From Lama guanicoe (lineage: Eukaryota): a DNA stretch of 64,000 nt. The DNA is taken from NCBI GenBank assembly GCA_013239625.1, contig MU054187.1, positions 5,901,757 to 5,965,756 on the forward strand, read 5' to 3'. Under the pieces are notes generated by a model. It saw nothing but the letters and a program-made list of their open reading frames with translations, was not told where the DNA came from and searched no databases. Position 1 is the first letter of the stretch. The number at the start of each line of letters is the position of its first letter. This document shows, piece by piece, positions 1-12,584 of this stretch. The translations under genes were made by a program, and so were the position numbers.

Positions 1-9
1 ACAGACTTG

Positions 10-185
10 GGTTGTTTCTTGGCTATTCTTCTTAACTAGCTGTGTGGCTTTAGGCAGGTTCCTTAATCTGTCTGAGCCTCTTTACTCATCTGTAAGGGAG
101 ATGACAGGTCCCCGTCACACAGGGTTGTCACAGGTATTGAACAAGGCGATGTGTGCCAAATGGTTAGCACAGAGCCTGGAGGGCA
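10..185 (+). mobile_element. MIR SINE
   Basis: ctagctgtgtggctttaggcagg...ctgagcctc...catctgtaa MIR core. Confidence 0.7.
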
Positions 186-1009
186 GTATCTGTCCCCCAA
201 ACAGTGGCTGCTACTGCTGTTTCATTGTCATTGTCATTATTGTTGTTGTTATGGTAACGAACTTATCTAAACTTAAACCGTAACAACTTCCCCAGCCCCC
301 TCCCATTCCTACCCTTGCTGCAGGAAGAAAGTGGGTTTTTTTTTGTTTTTTTTAGTGCCATCAAGGAAAAGGAATTAAAACAAGGTGAGAACCCTACTTC
401 TTTTCCTTTGCTTTCCCCAGTGGCTGAGTGGAAAGATGCCTGAGCACAAGGTTCTTCTCAAACAACAGACCGACCCTAAAGCCCAGGATAGAACCAGGAA
501 ACCCAGCTGCCGCCCAGGCTTTCTGATTCATGGTCGGTGAAGGGCAGCCTCATGGTCACGTGCCCTGTGTGGGCGGCAAGGGAAAGCCCCTGCGCAGCCC
601 CGTCAGGGGCACGCTGTGTGGCACAGCAGCGCCTCAGCTCCCTGGCTGCCTGGACACCACCCCTGACCTCCGTGTCCCCCAGGCTCTCCTTTCAGACTCT
701 CTGCATTGGCAGGAAGGAGTTCGGTATTACTCTCTGCCCCAATTCTTTTAGGATTCCAAGCCTTATGACACCAGCATAGCATGGATTATTGGTACATAAA
801 ATGACTATCGATAACCAATAATTTTTAGAGGAGCTCATGACAGGCCCAGTAGGATCTGCACTCCAATCCTGTCATCACCGTTTTCACCACCTCCTTTACA
901 GTGAATCCCAGAGCTGTGCTGCACGAGGGTTAATGACTTGTCCAAAGTTAGGCCAATTAGTGGTTGAGCCACGAGAAGACTCACGTAATTGAACTTCTAG
1001 AACAATGTT

Positions 1010-1312
1010 CTTTCTTTTTTCTGCAGCTTTATTGAGGTAAGATTGGCAAATAAAACTGTAGTAAAATTGCAAGATACTTAAAGTGTGCATCGTGATGATC
1101 TGATATATGTATACATTGAGAATGGATTCCTCCCACCTGGTTAATTAACACATCCGTCAGCTCACATATACATTTATATTTTTTCTTTTTTTTTTTTCTT
1201 TTTTTGGGGTGGGGGTAAGAACATTTAAGGTCTACTCTCTTTGCAAATTTCAACTATACAGTATGGTGTTATCAACTATAATCACAACATTATACACCAG
1301 ATTCTCAGACCT
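1010..1312 (-). mobile_element. L1MA-type 3' end
   Basis: cagctttattgagg...aaggtctactctctttgcaaatttcaa, typical of an L1MA 3'UTR on the minus strand. Confidence 0.75.
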
Positions 1313-1344
1313 TCTTTGGGACAAGGTTCTTTCCATTGTGATTC

Positions 1345-2345
1345 CCGTTCATTCATTTATTCAACAGGCACAAACGTGTGTCTACACTACATGTCAGACT
1401 CTGTGCTAGGCACTCAGGGAATACAAGTGAACAATTAATTCCCAACTTGGTAGGGAATTATTAGCCATTTATTTAAGGCTGCACATGTAAATAAATAAGT
1501 GCAATAAAGGATTTTAGATGCCATTGTCAAAGAAAGACTGGGAAATTTTGATTTTACCTGGGAATATCAGAAAATACTCGGCAGCAAAGATGATTCCTGA
1601 GTCTTTAAGGATGAGTAAATGATCAATGAATGGATGTTTTGCATAAAAATGGCAGAGAACTCATCCTGGGCAGACAGATGAGTTTAACAGTCTCATGAAT
1701 ATGCCACGAACAGCCTCACGTGTCTACACAGCTACAAACAGCTGGGCAGAGCACAGCCTGCATGGGAAGCGGGGCATTGTGTTGAAGTGGAGCAGGACCA
1801 GCTATGGAGGGCTTTTACGTCATCCTGGGAATTTAGACTTCATCCTGTGGGCAGTAGAAGCAATTAAAGGGCTTAAGCGTGATCAGATTTGATTTTAGAA
1901 AATGGATCTGGCAAAGCAGTGGAGATTGGATTGGGAGGGTAAGGGCTGCGAGACGGGGTGGGGCTAATGACAACAGCCCAGGCTTCAGATGGTTGGGGTG
2001 GGTCAGAGCATGACAGTGGCAGTGGGGTGGGAACGTAGTGAAGATATAAAAGATACTGAGGAAGTGAAGAATTGGGAGGAAGGGGCTCAGTACGACTCCC
2101 AGCTTTCTCCTTTCAGTGACTTGATAGCTGTTAGTATCATTCGCTGAAATGGGGGCTTGAAAAGGATGTTATAGGAGAAATGGTGAGATCAGCTGCTTAA
2201 GGAAAAAGTAGGTAAAATGTTTAGCAGACAGTTATAAGGATGTGGAACTCGGTGAGTTCTGGCCAAGAGCTGTAGATTTGGGGGTAATCACCTTGTTGAC
2301 AACAGGTAAAGACAGGAGAATTGATGAGATCACCCAGGAGTATGC
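1345..2345 (-). mobile_element. L2 LINE remnant
   Basis: ttcattcatttattcaaca...tgtgctaggcac (L2 3' end, reverse complement) followed by a purine-rich L2 body. Confidence 0.68.
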
Positions 2346-2542
2346 AAATTAGCGTTCATCAGAGTGTGACACTCACCATGTGCGTGAGAGTCATCTGAGG
2401 AGCCTGTGAAAATGCAGAATCTCAGGCTCAATTCCAGACTTGCTGAAGCCAAAGTGTGAGAAGGGAACTCTTCTGCATCTTCTGTGTTGTGAGCAAGACA
2501 CCTTCAGTGATTCTAATGCAGCTGGACTTTGAGATTGACTTG

Positions 2543-2848
2543 TGTGTTAGTTCAGTTTGTCCAGAGAAAATAGAACCAGTAGGGTGTGTGTATGTGTGTG
2601 CACGCATGCACATGTAGATATATAGAATTTTCTCTTCCTTGGGAGAGAGCGATCTTTTTTCTATTAAGGCCTTCCACTGATTGGATGAGGCCCACCTACA
2701 TTATGAAGATAATCTGCTTTACCCAAATTCTGCTGATTTAAACGTTAATCTGAGAAAAGTAACTTCAGAGAAAATACCTAGACTTATGTTTGACCAAATA
2801 TCTGGGGACTGTGGCCTAGTTAAGTCGACACATGAATTAACCATCACA
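2543..2848 (-). mobile_element. MLT2-type ERVL LTR
   Basis: tgtgttagttcag...ccagagaaaatagaaccagtagg ... aattaaccatcaca termini. Confidence 0.78.
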
Positions 2849-3689
2849 GGTGGGAAGAAAAAGAATGGAAAATGGTGAGAATCAAACAAAGAACCCTAAC
2901 AGGCAGCAATACTGACGAGTCAGGCAAAGCAAGAGAGGACCAGGGCAGAGAAGGGCAAGAGAGCTGACCACAGAGATGCCAGGAGAATCGGAGAAATGGG
3001 GCCACAGAAGACAAAAAAGGACTAAAATGATTAACAGTGTCAAATGACACAGAGAACTCAAGAAGATGAAGAGATAAGAATGCACTGGATTTGGAAAACT
3101 GGTCTCTGGTGTTGTGTCAGGCAGTTTCAGTGACACGGTGGAGGCAGAAACTTCATTGAAGTTAGAGGGAGAAGAAATCATTAAAAGACAAAAGCAAAGA
3201 TTGCAGTCAGAAATGGTGAGGGTAGAAGGGGCTCTCATGTACTGTTGGAAGTATAAATAGTGAATTTTTATACCTAAAGTTTTTAATATGATCAAACCAT
3301 TCGACAGAGCTAGGCTACTTCCAGAAAATTACCCCAAACAAATGAATATATGTCTCTGCCAAGATTTATCTATAAGCTATTTGTCTAAATATAGTATCTA
3401 GTGGTATTTTTTTTAAAAAAGAACTTAAATGTGCAACAATAAGGTATTGAGTAAACCAATTCTGTTCTATCCAGGGCAGAGTTACTATAAGATGTGAAGG
3501 TTAAGTTCTGGACTTGCATGATTCCTTCAATGCACTGGAAGAAGCCCTTTAACATCTTGTATAATTTTAGTCTTTTTCTCAAGCAGGGCTCTCCAGATTA
3601 CATAAGCTTTAGACCCCCCCACCCCCTGAAATTGGATCCTTTCTAGGTGTATTCATTCATTTATTTTTTAAAAGCTGTGTTTAATAAGG

Positions 3690-4845
3690 CAAACAACTGC
3701 CCCCACAAAATGGGCAAATGATTTGAACAGGCATTTCATCTCAGAAGAGGTGCCAACAGCATCAGGAAACGCAAAATACAACCACAGTGAGACGTGACTT
3801 TTCACCCACAGACTGGCTAATTTTTTTTTTAATGCTCATGAGCATGCAGAGCAAATAAAGCTCTGCTACACCACTGGTGGGAATGCAGGATGGCAGCACC
3901 AACGTGGAAAACAGTTTGGCAGCTTCTTATAAATTAAATATATATTTGCCATATGACTGAGTAATCTCACTCCTAGGAATGTATCCAGGAGAAATGAAAA
4001 TATGAGTCCACACACAAAGACCTGCACGCAAATGTTTATAGCAGCTTTATTAAAGAGCACCAAAAACTGGAAACAGCTCAAATGTCCATCAGTTGGTGTA
4101 CGGATAAACAATCTGTGTACATCCATTTCTTTTTCTAAGATAAATTGGACTTTAAAATTAAAATCTGCAGCTATTTGAAAGACATCGTTTAGAAAATGAA
4201 AGGACAAGATACAGACTGGGAAAAAATATTCACAATTACGTATATGTCACAATGGACTTGGACCCAGAATATATAAAGATTTTTCACAGCTCAATTAATC
4301 CAAGTAGAAAATGGATTAGAGATTTGAACGGATACTTAGCAAAGAAGAGATTCTGAAGGCAAACAAGCACATGAAAAAGTGCTCGACATCATTAGTCATT
4401 AGAAAAACGCAAATGAAAATTATTGAAATCATTGAGAAACCATTGAACGCCTATAAGAATGGTTAAAATAAAAGAAAAAATAAATAGAATAAATTCAGCA
4501 ATACATCGACATAAATTAATGACACGTCCAACAACATGAATGAATCTCAAAAGCCTTATTTTAAGGGAAAGACACCAGACATAAACACACAAAAGGCTAC
4601 TATTTATATAATTCCACTTATATGACATTCTGGAAAAGATAAAACTACAGGAATAGAAATCAGATCCGTAACTGCCAGGGACCGAGGGTGGGGAAGGGAA
4701 TTTGCAGATGACAGAAATGTCCCCATCTTGGTTTTCGTGGGGCTTATGTGACTCTATATTTTTCAAAATCCTCAAGCTGAGAACTGAAAAGAGGTAATTT
4801 TTACTGCACATAAAGTTTACTGCAATAAATCTGACCTAAAAATAT
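3690..4845 (+). mobile_element. Old L1 (L1MB/ME-like) fragments, internally rearranged or nested
   Basis: aaaatgggcaaatgatttgaacaggcatttc, gcagctttatt...aactggaaacagctcaaatgtcc and a 3'UTR ending in aataaa. Confidence 0.75.
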
Positions 4846-6999
4846 AAAGTTGTAGAAAACTGTTTAATGACAAGGAATGGTGGTCATGTCATGTAGCATC
4901 AGTAAGGGAAGAAAGCAGATTATAAAGGAACCTATATTCATTTTCAGAGATCAAGCATTTCATGCATATAGAGATAATATTATAAATGTGTGTACAGAGG
5001 GAAGGAGAGAATAAAAGAACATACACCAATATTTCCACTGTAGTTACTTTTGAGTATTGAATAATGGGTGAATTTTAATTTTATTTTTTGGTCATATGTA
5101 TTTTCTAAATTTTCTTTAATAAGTACATAGCTCGTGTAATTTTTTAAAAGTAGACTTTTGTTGACGGTGGAATTGAGGGTTTTTAAAAGACCGATGAAGA
5201 GTGGGAGAACCAGACGCAGAGATCTGAGCCTGTTCTGACCGGCGTGGCTATTTAGGGAGAAAGTTATTAGGAAGAGGTTCAGTTCAAGGATAGGGTGTTT
5301 GTGTTTGTTTGTCTTGCCTTTTATTTTTAAATGAGTGTTTTCCGCCAGGGAGAGTAAGAACACGGCTCCCATGCCATCAAGCGCTGACAGAATACTCTTT
5401 GGGAGACCGTCACAGAACTGTGTTGGGAGCGAGCCGCAGTCATGTTTTCAAAGCCTTGATGACTCAGCTATCTCTGAATGACGCCAAGCATCTTTCCCCG
5501 AGGCCGCCCCGGTATTTGTTCAGGCGTCTTTCCTTGGTATCCACCCACACACACTCTGTGCTCCAGCCAAGGGTTTCATCATCCCCAACCACAGCCTGAA
5601 ATCTTGCTCTGTGCCTCTACTGTGTTCCTTGGGTCTGGAATCCTTTCCCCATGCCTCTGGCTCCTCAAATGAGAAGCAACAGTTAACTCCCTGCACCTGC
5701 AGCAAGCCTGTCCCTCTGTGACAGTCACCTCGCTCTAGTGCCTTACAGTCGCCTGTGATTCCTTCTTCCCTCCCTCATTCATCTTGGCGCCCTAGGCTCT
5801 TCATAGCCTCCACGTGGAATGGATGGAACACAGTGCCTTACAAATGTTTGTTGGATTTCATTGAAGGTGGCATCAGACCAAGAATGCCAAATTGTGGTAC
5901 ATTCATAAGCTGTGACACTTACACAACAGACTGACTCCTAAGACCAGTCCCAGATTCAAACCAGTTACGGGAAAGGAAGCACACTGAGGGCCCGTTCCAG
6001 AACGAAGTCCTTGCTCCTTGGATCAACACGTGGGAAGACACAGAAATGCTCTGCTAACCCAGAACTCAAGTCCAAATATAATAAAATTAATGAAAATTGT
6101 TACATAAATACAACAAAATGAGACCTATTTAAACAGTGTTCATAGTCTATTTTCTTTTTGTTAAGCAAGCTGTTCTTTCAAATCTATATCTGTTTGTAAG
6201 TCTGTTTTCAGGAACCATGACCAGTTTATTTTCACTGTTGAATGCCATGTCCAGATGCTCTAGAGAAAGGGTCTGGCTAAACATTGTTTTTACAGAAATG
6301 AGTGCTTTAGGACATGAATTGACTCTTCAGTTGTTCATTTCTTAACTATAAATTTGCAATTATGATGAAGTGCAATTAAGAGAAATATACAAACTGTGTC
6401 AACACTTCTTATGGTTGAATGATCTGGAAATGACTAAATGCAGGTCCTACAGGGAAAGATTTTACATGTTCATGGAAATCATTCTCATTCATTCAGCTAG
6501 TCAGCCTTCCCACATATTTTTTGAGTTCTATGACCTGTGTCATCCTGGTTTGTCATCTGTGGAAGTCATTCACAAAGGTTGCCATGAATGTAGCACGGTT
6601 GGACAGAAGCAGGGACTCTTAGGAAAGCCATACAAAGAAGACCCAGCCAGCTTTAGGACAAAACTCACGGCTCTGCCGCGGGTGGGTGAACACAAAGCCT
6701 GTTCAGACACCTCCCACAGTTGCTGTAAAGGCTTCTTGGCTCTGTGAGTCAGAAGATTAGACATCGTTAGAGATTTGGGGTATCATCAGCCTAAAGGTGG
6801 TGACTGAAGTGCTAAGAGCAGATATGATAGTCGAGGGTAAATGAGTAGTGAGAGAGGAGAGGGAAGAGGATGCTCAAGTAATGGAGGCAAGGTACCACTG
6901 AAGGAGACTACGGAAGGATAGTTTGTGACAAACGAGAAACCGGGGAACATGATGTCATATCATTCCTGGAGAACAGTGACAAACACCAAAGGGAGGATG

Positions 7000-7445
7000 A
7001 GGTAGATTAAAGATGGCCGATTATTTGATACTCCTTCCATCAAGAATTGGGGTCCCACATCCCCTCCCCTTAGGTCTGGGTGGGTTTTGTGACTGCTTTT
7101 GCCCAGCAGAATACAGCAGAAGTAATGCTGTACCCATTTTCAGGTCTAGACTTTAAGAGACTGGAAGCTTCCAATTCCTGTCCCATGCTCCAGCCACCAC
7201 GTAAAAAGTCTGACCACTTGAGATCACCAGACCATGAGAAAACCCACGCTAGCTATGAGAGAGGGAGATGCCCAGCCAGCCTTGGGTGGTCCAGCCATCC
7301 CAGCCTAGGTGCCACCTGCCCGGGCCTCAGCTGCCATCTCACTGCACCTGTGTAGGAGCTCTCTGGTGAGGACCAGTCAACTGGACCCAGTCAACTGGAC
7401 CCAGTCAACCTACAGAATTTTGAGAAATCATTGGGGTTTTTTTAG
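7000..7445 (+). mobile_element. MLT1-type MaLR LTR
   Basis: gtagattaaagatggcc...gtgactgct...cagcagaagtaatgctg. Confidence 0.68.
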
Positions 7446-7474
7446 TTATTTAAACAATGGTTAGTTGCAGAATA

Positions 7475-8140
7475 TTTCAGGTCAACTCCAACTGGGGTAA
7501 CACCAACTGGGTGTCCTGCAGCTCAATTCTGACAGTACCCACCCAGAGTTAGCACACACCACCCAGGTTAAGGGCAAAGTCCTCCGCAAGGCAACCCTCA
7601 CTTCAGCCACCAGCTGCATACCTAGGGGGGTCCCTGAGCCACCCTGACTACTGATGGACCAACTACAAATTCAGAGTTTCCCACAACCTCCTCAGGTTTA
7701 ATAATTCGCTAGAGTGACTCACAGACCTCAGGATTGTTATACTTAGGAGTACAGTTTTATTATAAATGGATACACACAGGGCAAGGTCTGGGAGGGTCCC
7801 AAATGCAGAGCTTCCCTGCCCTCACCCCATGGAACGGGGACAGCAGTGTGGTCAGTGCCCAGAGGTTTTACTGGGGTCTCATTACACAGGTATGATTGAG
7901 TAAATCTGGGACCACGTGACTGAACTCAATCTCCAGCTCCCCTTCCTAGAGCTGACTGAATGGCTTTGCCCTTTAATCATGTGGTTGGCCTTTCTAGTGA
8001 TGAGACCCCATCCTGAATCTATCAAGGGGGCCCATTATGACTCATTTAATTGGCAATGAAAGACGTCACAGAGGAAATTCCAAGGATTTGTGAAGCTCTA
8101 TGCTGGGAATCTGGGATGAAACCCAAATTCTTTATTGTAC
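7475..8140. mobile_element. MER21-like LTR
   Basis: caccaactgggtgtcct...aattctgac...caggttaaggg...cttcag; homologous to the 12.6-kb copy. Confidence 0.72.
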
Positions 8141-8605
8141 CGTACATAGCGACAGACAACTAGAACTGAAGTCAGGTAAATTAAGAACTGAAACATATCC
8201 ACTGGATTTGCAATGTTTACATTGAACTGAATTATAGGTTAAAGGGGGAGAGCCAACAGAGAAGCAAGATTTATTTTTTCTGTTACTTGCAGCCAAAACC
8301 ATCTTAACACAACGCAATGATGAAACATGTATTTATAACCCAAGCATACATGTGCATGTATTATAAACCAAGAGTACTCAGAAGTTATATAATAGAAAAA
8401 CACACGAATACAGCAAAGAAAAAAATTGCCAAGAGAATAACATGGTAAGTAACATTTCTGTTTTATCTTGAGGGGCATCAGTAGGATTTCATCGGGCAGA
8501 GGAGGCAGGGAACTTCTGTTGTCAATCTAGGGTGCAAAAACACTACATAGTAAAAGGAGATGAAATATTTTGGGATCAGGGAAAAGTTGAGTAACGCTGA
8601 AGCAC

Positions 8606-9050
8606 TGTTGCCAAAAAACTGGCCTCTGTCCCCCGATAGCCAAATTGAGAGTCAGAGGCAGAGTTCTGGGAGGATAGAAAAGAAAGGCTTTATTGCTTTG
8701 CCAGGCAAAGGGGGTCACCACAGGCTAATGCCTTAAAGACTGTGAGCGCCTCCTGGAGTTGGGGTCTTAAGGTTTTATAAAAAAACTGAGTGGAACAGAA
8801 AAGGCGATAACCATCAGGGTGTTTTACAAGAGGTTACATTTCTTTCAACCTGATAAGAACTTGCTGTTGTTATGGAGGAATTGAGGAGGGTCTGCCCATC
8901 TTCTTGAGGTCCAGCCCATGACCTTCTTTCAAGACCTCCAGTGTAAAAGGATAAGTTATTCTAAGAAAAGAACGCACAGGGAGGGGAGCGTGTTAGTCAT
9001 AAGATCAGTTTAGCTAAAAGTACAGGCCTGAATGACTCAGCAGCCATCGT
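8606..9050 (-). mobile_element. ERV1-like solo LTR
   Basis: Begins tgttgcc; the minus strand carries the poly(A) signal (gctttattgctttgccaggcaaagggg). Confidence 0.6.
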
Positions 9051-9674
9051 GTCAGTTTTCTCCTCTTTCACGTGGTCCAGAAGTGGCGGGAGTCAGTGAT
9101 GGGAGGCTGACAATGGGGGGGGGGTGCTGGTCAGTAGTAGAAGCTTGTAAATATCATTTAATTGTCCAGAAGGCAGTCAGTGATGGGAGGTTAAGAATGA
9201 GGGAGGCCTGATCAGTAGTAGAAGCTTATAAATACAGTTTAAGATCTGATTCTGATAGGTTTCATGGACCATGATAATGAATTTAGACTCTCATGTGGCT
9301 GATGTGTAGTAGTTATAGATTTTTTTTATTGTTATAAAATATATGTAACATAAAATGTTCCACTTTCACTGGCAGTCTGATTTTAAATACAGGAGTCACA
9401 TGCTCAAATCTGATAAGCTATTAAATGAATCTCAAGGTAATAATATTATTAAAACAAATAATAATATAGTATAATTTTTAAGTCAAAAAATAAAAATACC
9501 AAAGGAAAAATTAAAATGAATAGCTCAGCGGACATGAGGATGTCCTGCCAAGAGCAGGAAGGACATGCTGCCCAGCTGTGGGGTGTGCAGTTAGCAGATA
9601 ACCAGCTGTCAGCCACTCTGGGGCTGGTCTCAGCTGCAGAGAGCCACCCTGCCTGAGGACATGTACTTTCTGGG

Positions 9675-10217
9675 TGTATTACTCAGATTCTCCAGGGAAA
9701 CAGAACCAACAGGATATGGAGATAGAGACAGAGATCAAGACCAAGGTCAAGATGGAAATTGATAGAGATATAATGCAAAGAGAGAGAAAGAGATTATTGA
9801 TTATAAGGTATCAGCTCACATGATTATGGAGGCTGAGAAGTCCCATGATCTGCCATCTGCAAGCTGGAGGTTCAGAAAAATAGTAGCATAAATTCCAGTC
9901 CAAATCACAAGGTCTGGGAACCAGAGCAGCAGATGATGTAAGTCCCAGTCCAAGTGCAAAAGACCAATATCCCAGCTCACACAGTCAGGCAGAGAGAGAG
10001 CAAATTCTCCCTCCCTCCGCATTTCTGTTCTGTTCAGGCCCTCAGCTGATGGAATGATGCCCACCCACACTGGGGAAGGCAATCTGCTTCATGTACTCTA
10101 CCAGCTCAGATGCTACTGTCATCCAGAAACACCCCCACAGACACCTCCAGAAATAATTTAGCCAAATAGCCGAGCACCCCACGTCCCAGTCAAGTTGACA
10201 CAAAATTAACCATCACA
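9675..10217 (-). mobile_element. MLT2-type ERVL LTR inserted into an older LTR16-like element (~9577-9674 and ~10218-10495)
   Basis: TG...CA termini tgtattactcagattctccagggaaacagaacc ... aaattaaccatcaca. The flanks continue an LTR16-like sequence. Confidence 0.78.
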
Positions 10218-11249
10218 CGGAGGCAATGTGCAACCTGTGCCTGAGTCAGGCAGAGGTGTGGGGTCCAGCCTTCCACCCAAAGAGGTATCACACTGACTGA
10301 CAAAATTAGTCCAGAGCTCCTGCAGGGTAGCTGAAGCCTGCATCACAGCACAACTTCTCCATCTGCCCAATACTGCTCCCACCCCCTTCCTTTTTTAGGT
10401 GTTGATCCCTATCAAATATCTTGTACCCCTAACTTGGTCTCTGTGTCTGCCTCTGAAGACACGTGTCTCTTCTCCATGTCTGCCTGAACTGTGACAGTGA
10501 GGTGCTATGGAAGGACATGAATTTTGAAGACAAACAGGCTAAGTTCAAAACACAGCTCTACAGCTTATTAGCTCTGTGATATTGGACAGGGAATTCAACC
10601 TCACTCAGTTTTTTCATCCATAAAGCATGAACATAAACTATCTACCTTGCAGGGTTGTCATACAAATTAGAAAAATATATGTGACATCCCTGGAATGTAA
10701 GAGGCGCTCAATAAATGGGGCTAACGTTATTTGGTAGAAGACGTCATTGGGTGTCTCATCAGGACCCGTACAGATTCCCTCATTCAGAGGGACTGCCTGG
10801 CAGGACGTTCATGAGACAATTCCCTTGCAGGATCTGAGGCCCACAAACCACCCTGGTGTCTGCAAACAATGGGATGTTAGCAGGGGCGGGTGCATCAAAT
10901 TTCAAGGATCACATGTTAAGTCTGAAAATCATTTTTGAAATCCTGCTCCCTTGGCTTGAGATGAGAGGGAGCACGGAACACCTACACCTCTCCTCGAAAT
11001 ACCGTGTAGGCAGGTAACCAACTAACAATGGGTGGTTGAACCAATCTCTTTTGCTAGACCTGCATGGTGGCATCTATTGTTAGTTTCTCAGTCACTTGGG
11101 CTTCTTCAAAACTTAAATTGCATTTAAGGTTCTGTTCTACAATAATTAACAACAACAACAAAAAATTTCATGAAATGTAGAGTCTTTATAATAACACATA
11201 CAGATATATTGTTGCAAACAGTGATGAGTACCTTGAAGGAAAGGTTCAC

Positions 11250-11710
11250 TGGATGTCATAGAGTTTGGCCCCCAGTGAACCATGCCTCCTGGCATCTTAC
11301 CCTTGTGAAATCCCCTTCCATGTTGATGCCGGTTTGGCCACATAATTAATTTTGACTGTTGGGACATTACATACATGGGACAAGCAAAGGTGTGATGAGC
11401 ACTAGCCCAATGGGACTAGACCTCTTGGAAAGCACTTTCTGAGAACCCAGTTGCCATTCTGTAAAGAAGCTCACAGTCCACATGGAGGATAACCAAGGGT
11501 CCTGGAACAGTTCCAGCTGAGCTCCCAGTTGATGTCCAGCATGACATGCTGGCCTTGTGACCTTCCAGCTGTGCCAGCACCTCAGTCAAGGCCATGTGAA
11601 GCAGAACCATCTGGTCAACCAAAAGAGTCGTGGGAAATAACACCTTGTTAGTATTTAAACCGCTGAATCTTGGAGTGGTTTGTAACACATTAGTAGATAA
11701 CAAAAACACA
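11250..11710 (+). mobile_element. MLT1-type MaLR LTR
   Basis: ggccccagtgaaccatgcctcctggc ... ggagtggtttgtaacacattagtagataac. Confidence 0.68.
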
Positions 11711-12269
11711 CAGCTATCAGAATAAAAACAAAATGTCCTATCTAGTCTGGAAAATCGGGTGGTCTTTTCAGAGGAATAGATAATTTACATGGACTCTGAA
11801 AAAAAATAAGTGTTGTCTTTCAGACAGAGAGGGCAGAATGCACAGAAGTGTGTGTTTGAAAGGAGGATGATGCATTCAAAACCAGAATGAAGGTCATTTT
11901 CTTATGCATCTTCACCTAATTCTGAAACATATAGAAAGGCAAACATATGTGTGCATACATATTTTATTTATTTTCTACAGCAATAGTATACTTAAGAAGG
12001 AGTTGAAAGCCCAAAGCTTAAACTAATATGTCTATTCTTGCTTTTTACTACTGACTCGCTATTATGAGCCATATGTGACATGAACGCATTGTGCCGGGAC
12101 CATCTGTAATGTTCCTAATCTAATGGTTTAAATGATGGCTCATGCTCTCATTAGACCATATTAGCACCTCAAAAACATTTGTTGGAGATAGCAAGGTACT
12201 GATCCCCGCAGATCCTATCAGGTGGCGATCCTGTAAATTAATGCATATAAGAGCAAATAGAAAGGAAAT

Positions 12270-12490
12270 TAACACTCATTGAGTCCCTTCTAGGGACCAG
12301 GACATTTGACAGACTCCTCATATACTTTCTCTCATTAATCCTCTCAGAAGTCTCATGAGGCAGGTATTATTACTCCATTTTTACTTATTAAAGAAAATAA
12401 GGCTTTTAAACATTTATTAACTTGCTCAAGACCACACAGCTCCAAAGTGACAGGGCCAGGATTTAAACCCCAGGCTCTCTGCTTCTAAGA
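12270..12490 (-). mobile_element. MIR SINE
   Basis: tattattactccattttt...aacttgctcaagaccacacagc...ccaggatttaaacccc. Confidence 0.7.
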
Positions 12491-12584
12491 TCTGTGATGT
12501 CTACAGCAGCTCTTCCTGGTTGCCTCCCCTGCCCCCATTTTCCCTTTCTTTCCAAATTTTTGTTCATATGTCCATGTGCTCCTG

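Larger units (their letters stand above)
20..10510 (+). mobile_element. MIR SINE (approx. 10510-10720)
   Basis: agctctgtgatattggac...ctcagttttttcatccataaa...gcgctcaataaatg. Confidence 0.3.

Noticed and set aside
660..700. Strong-looking splice acceptor (ctgac...cccccag|g)
   Set aside because: No convincing partner donor or recognisable coding sequence nearby.
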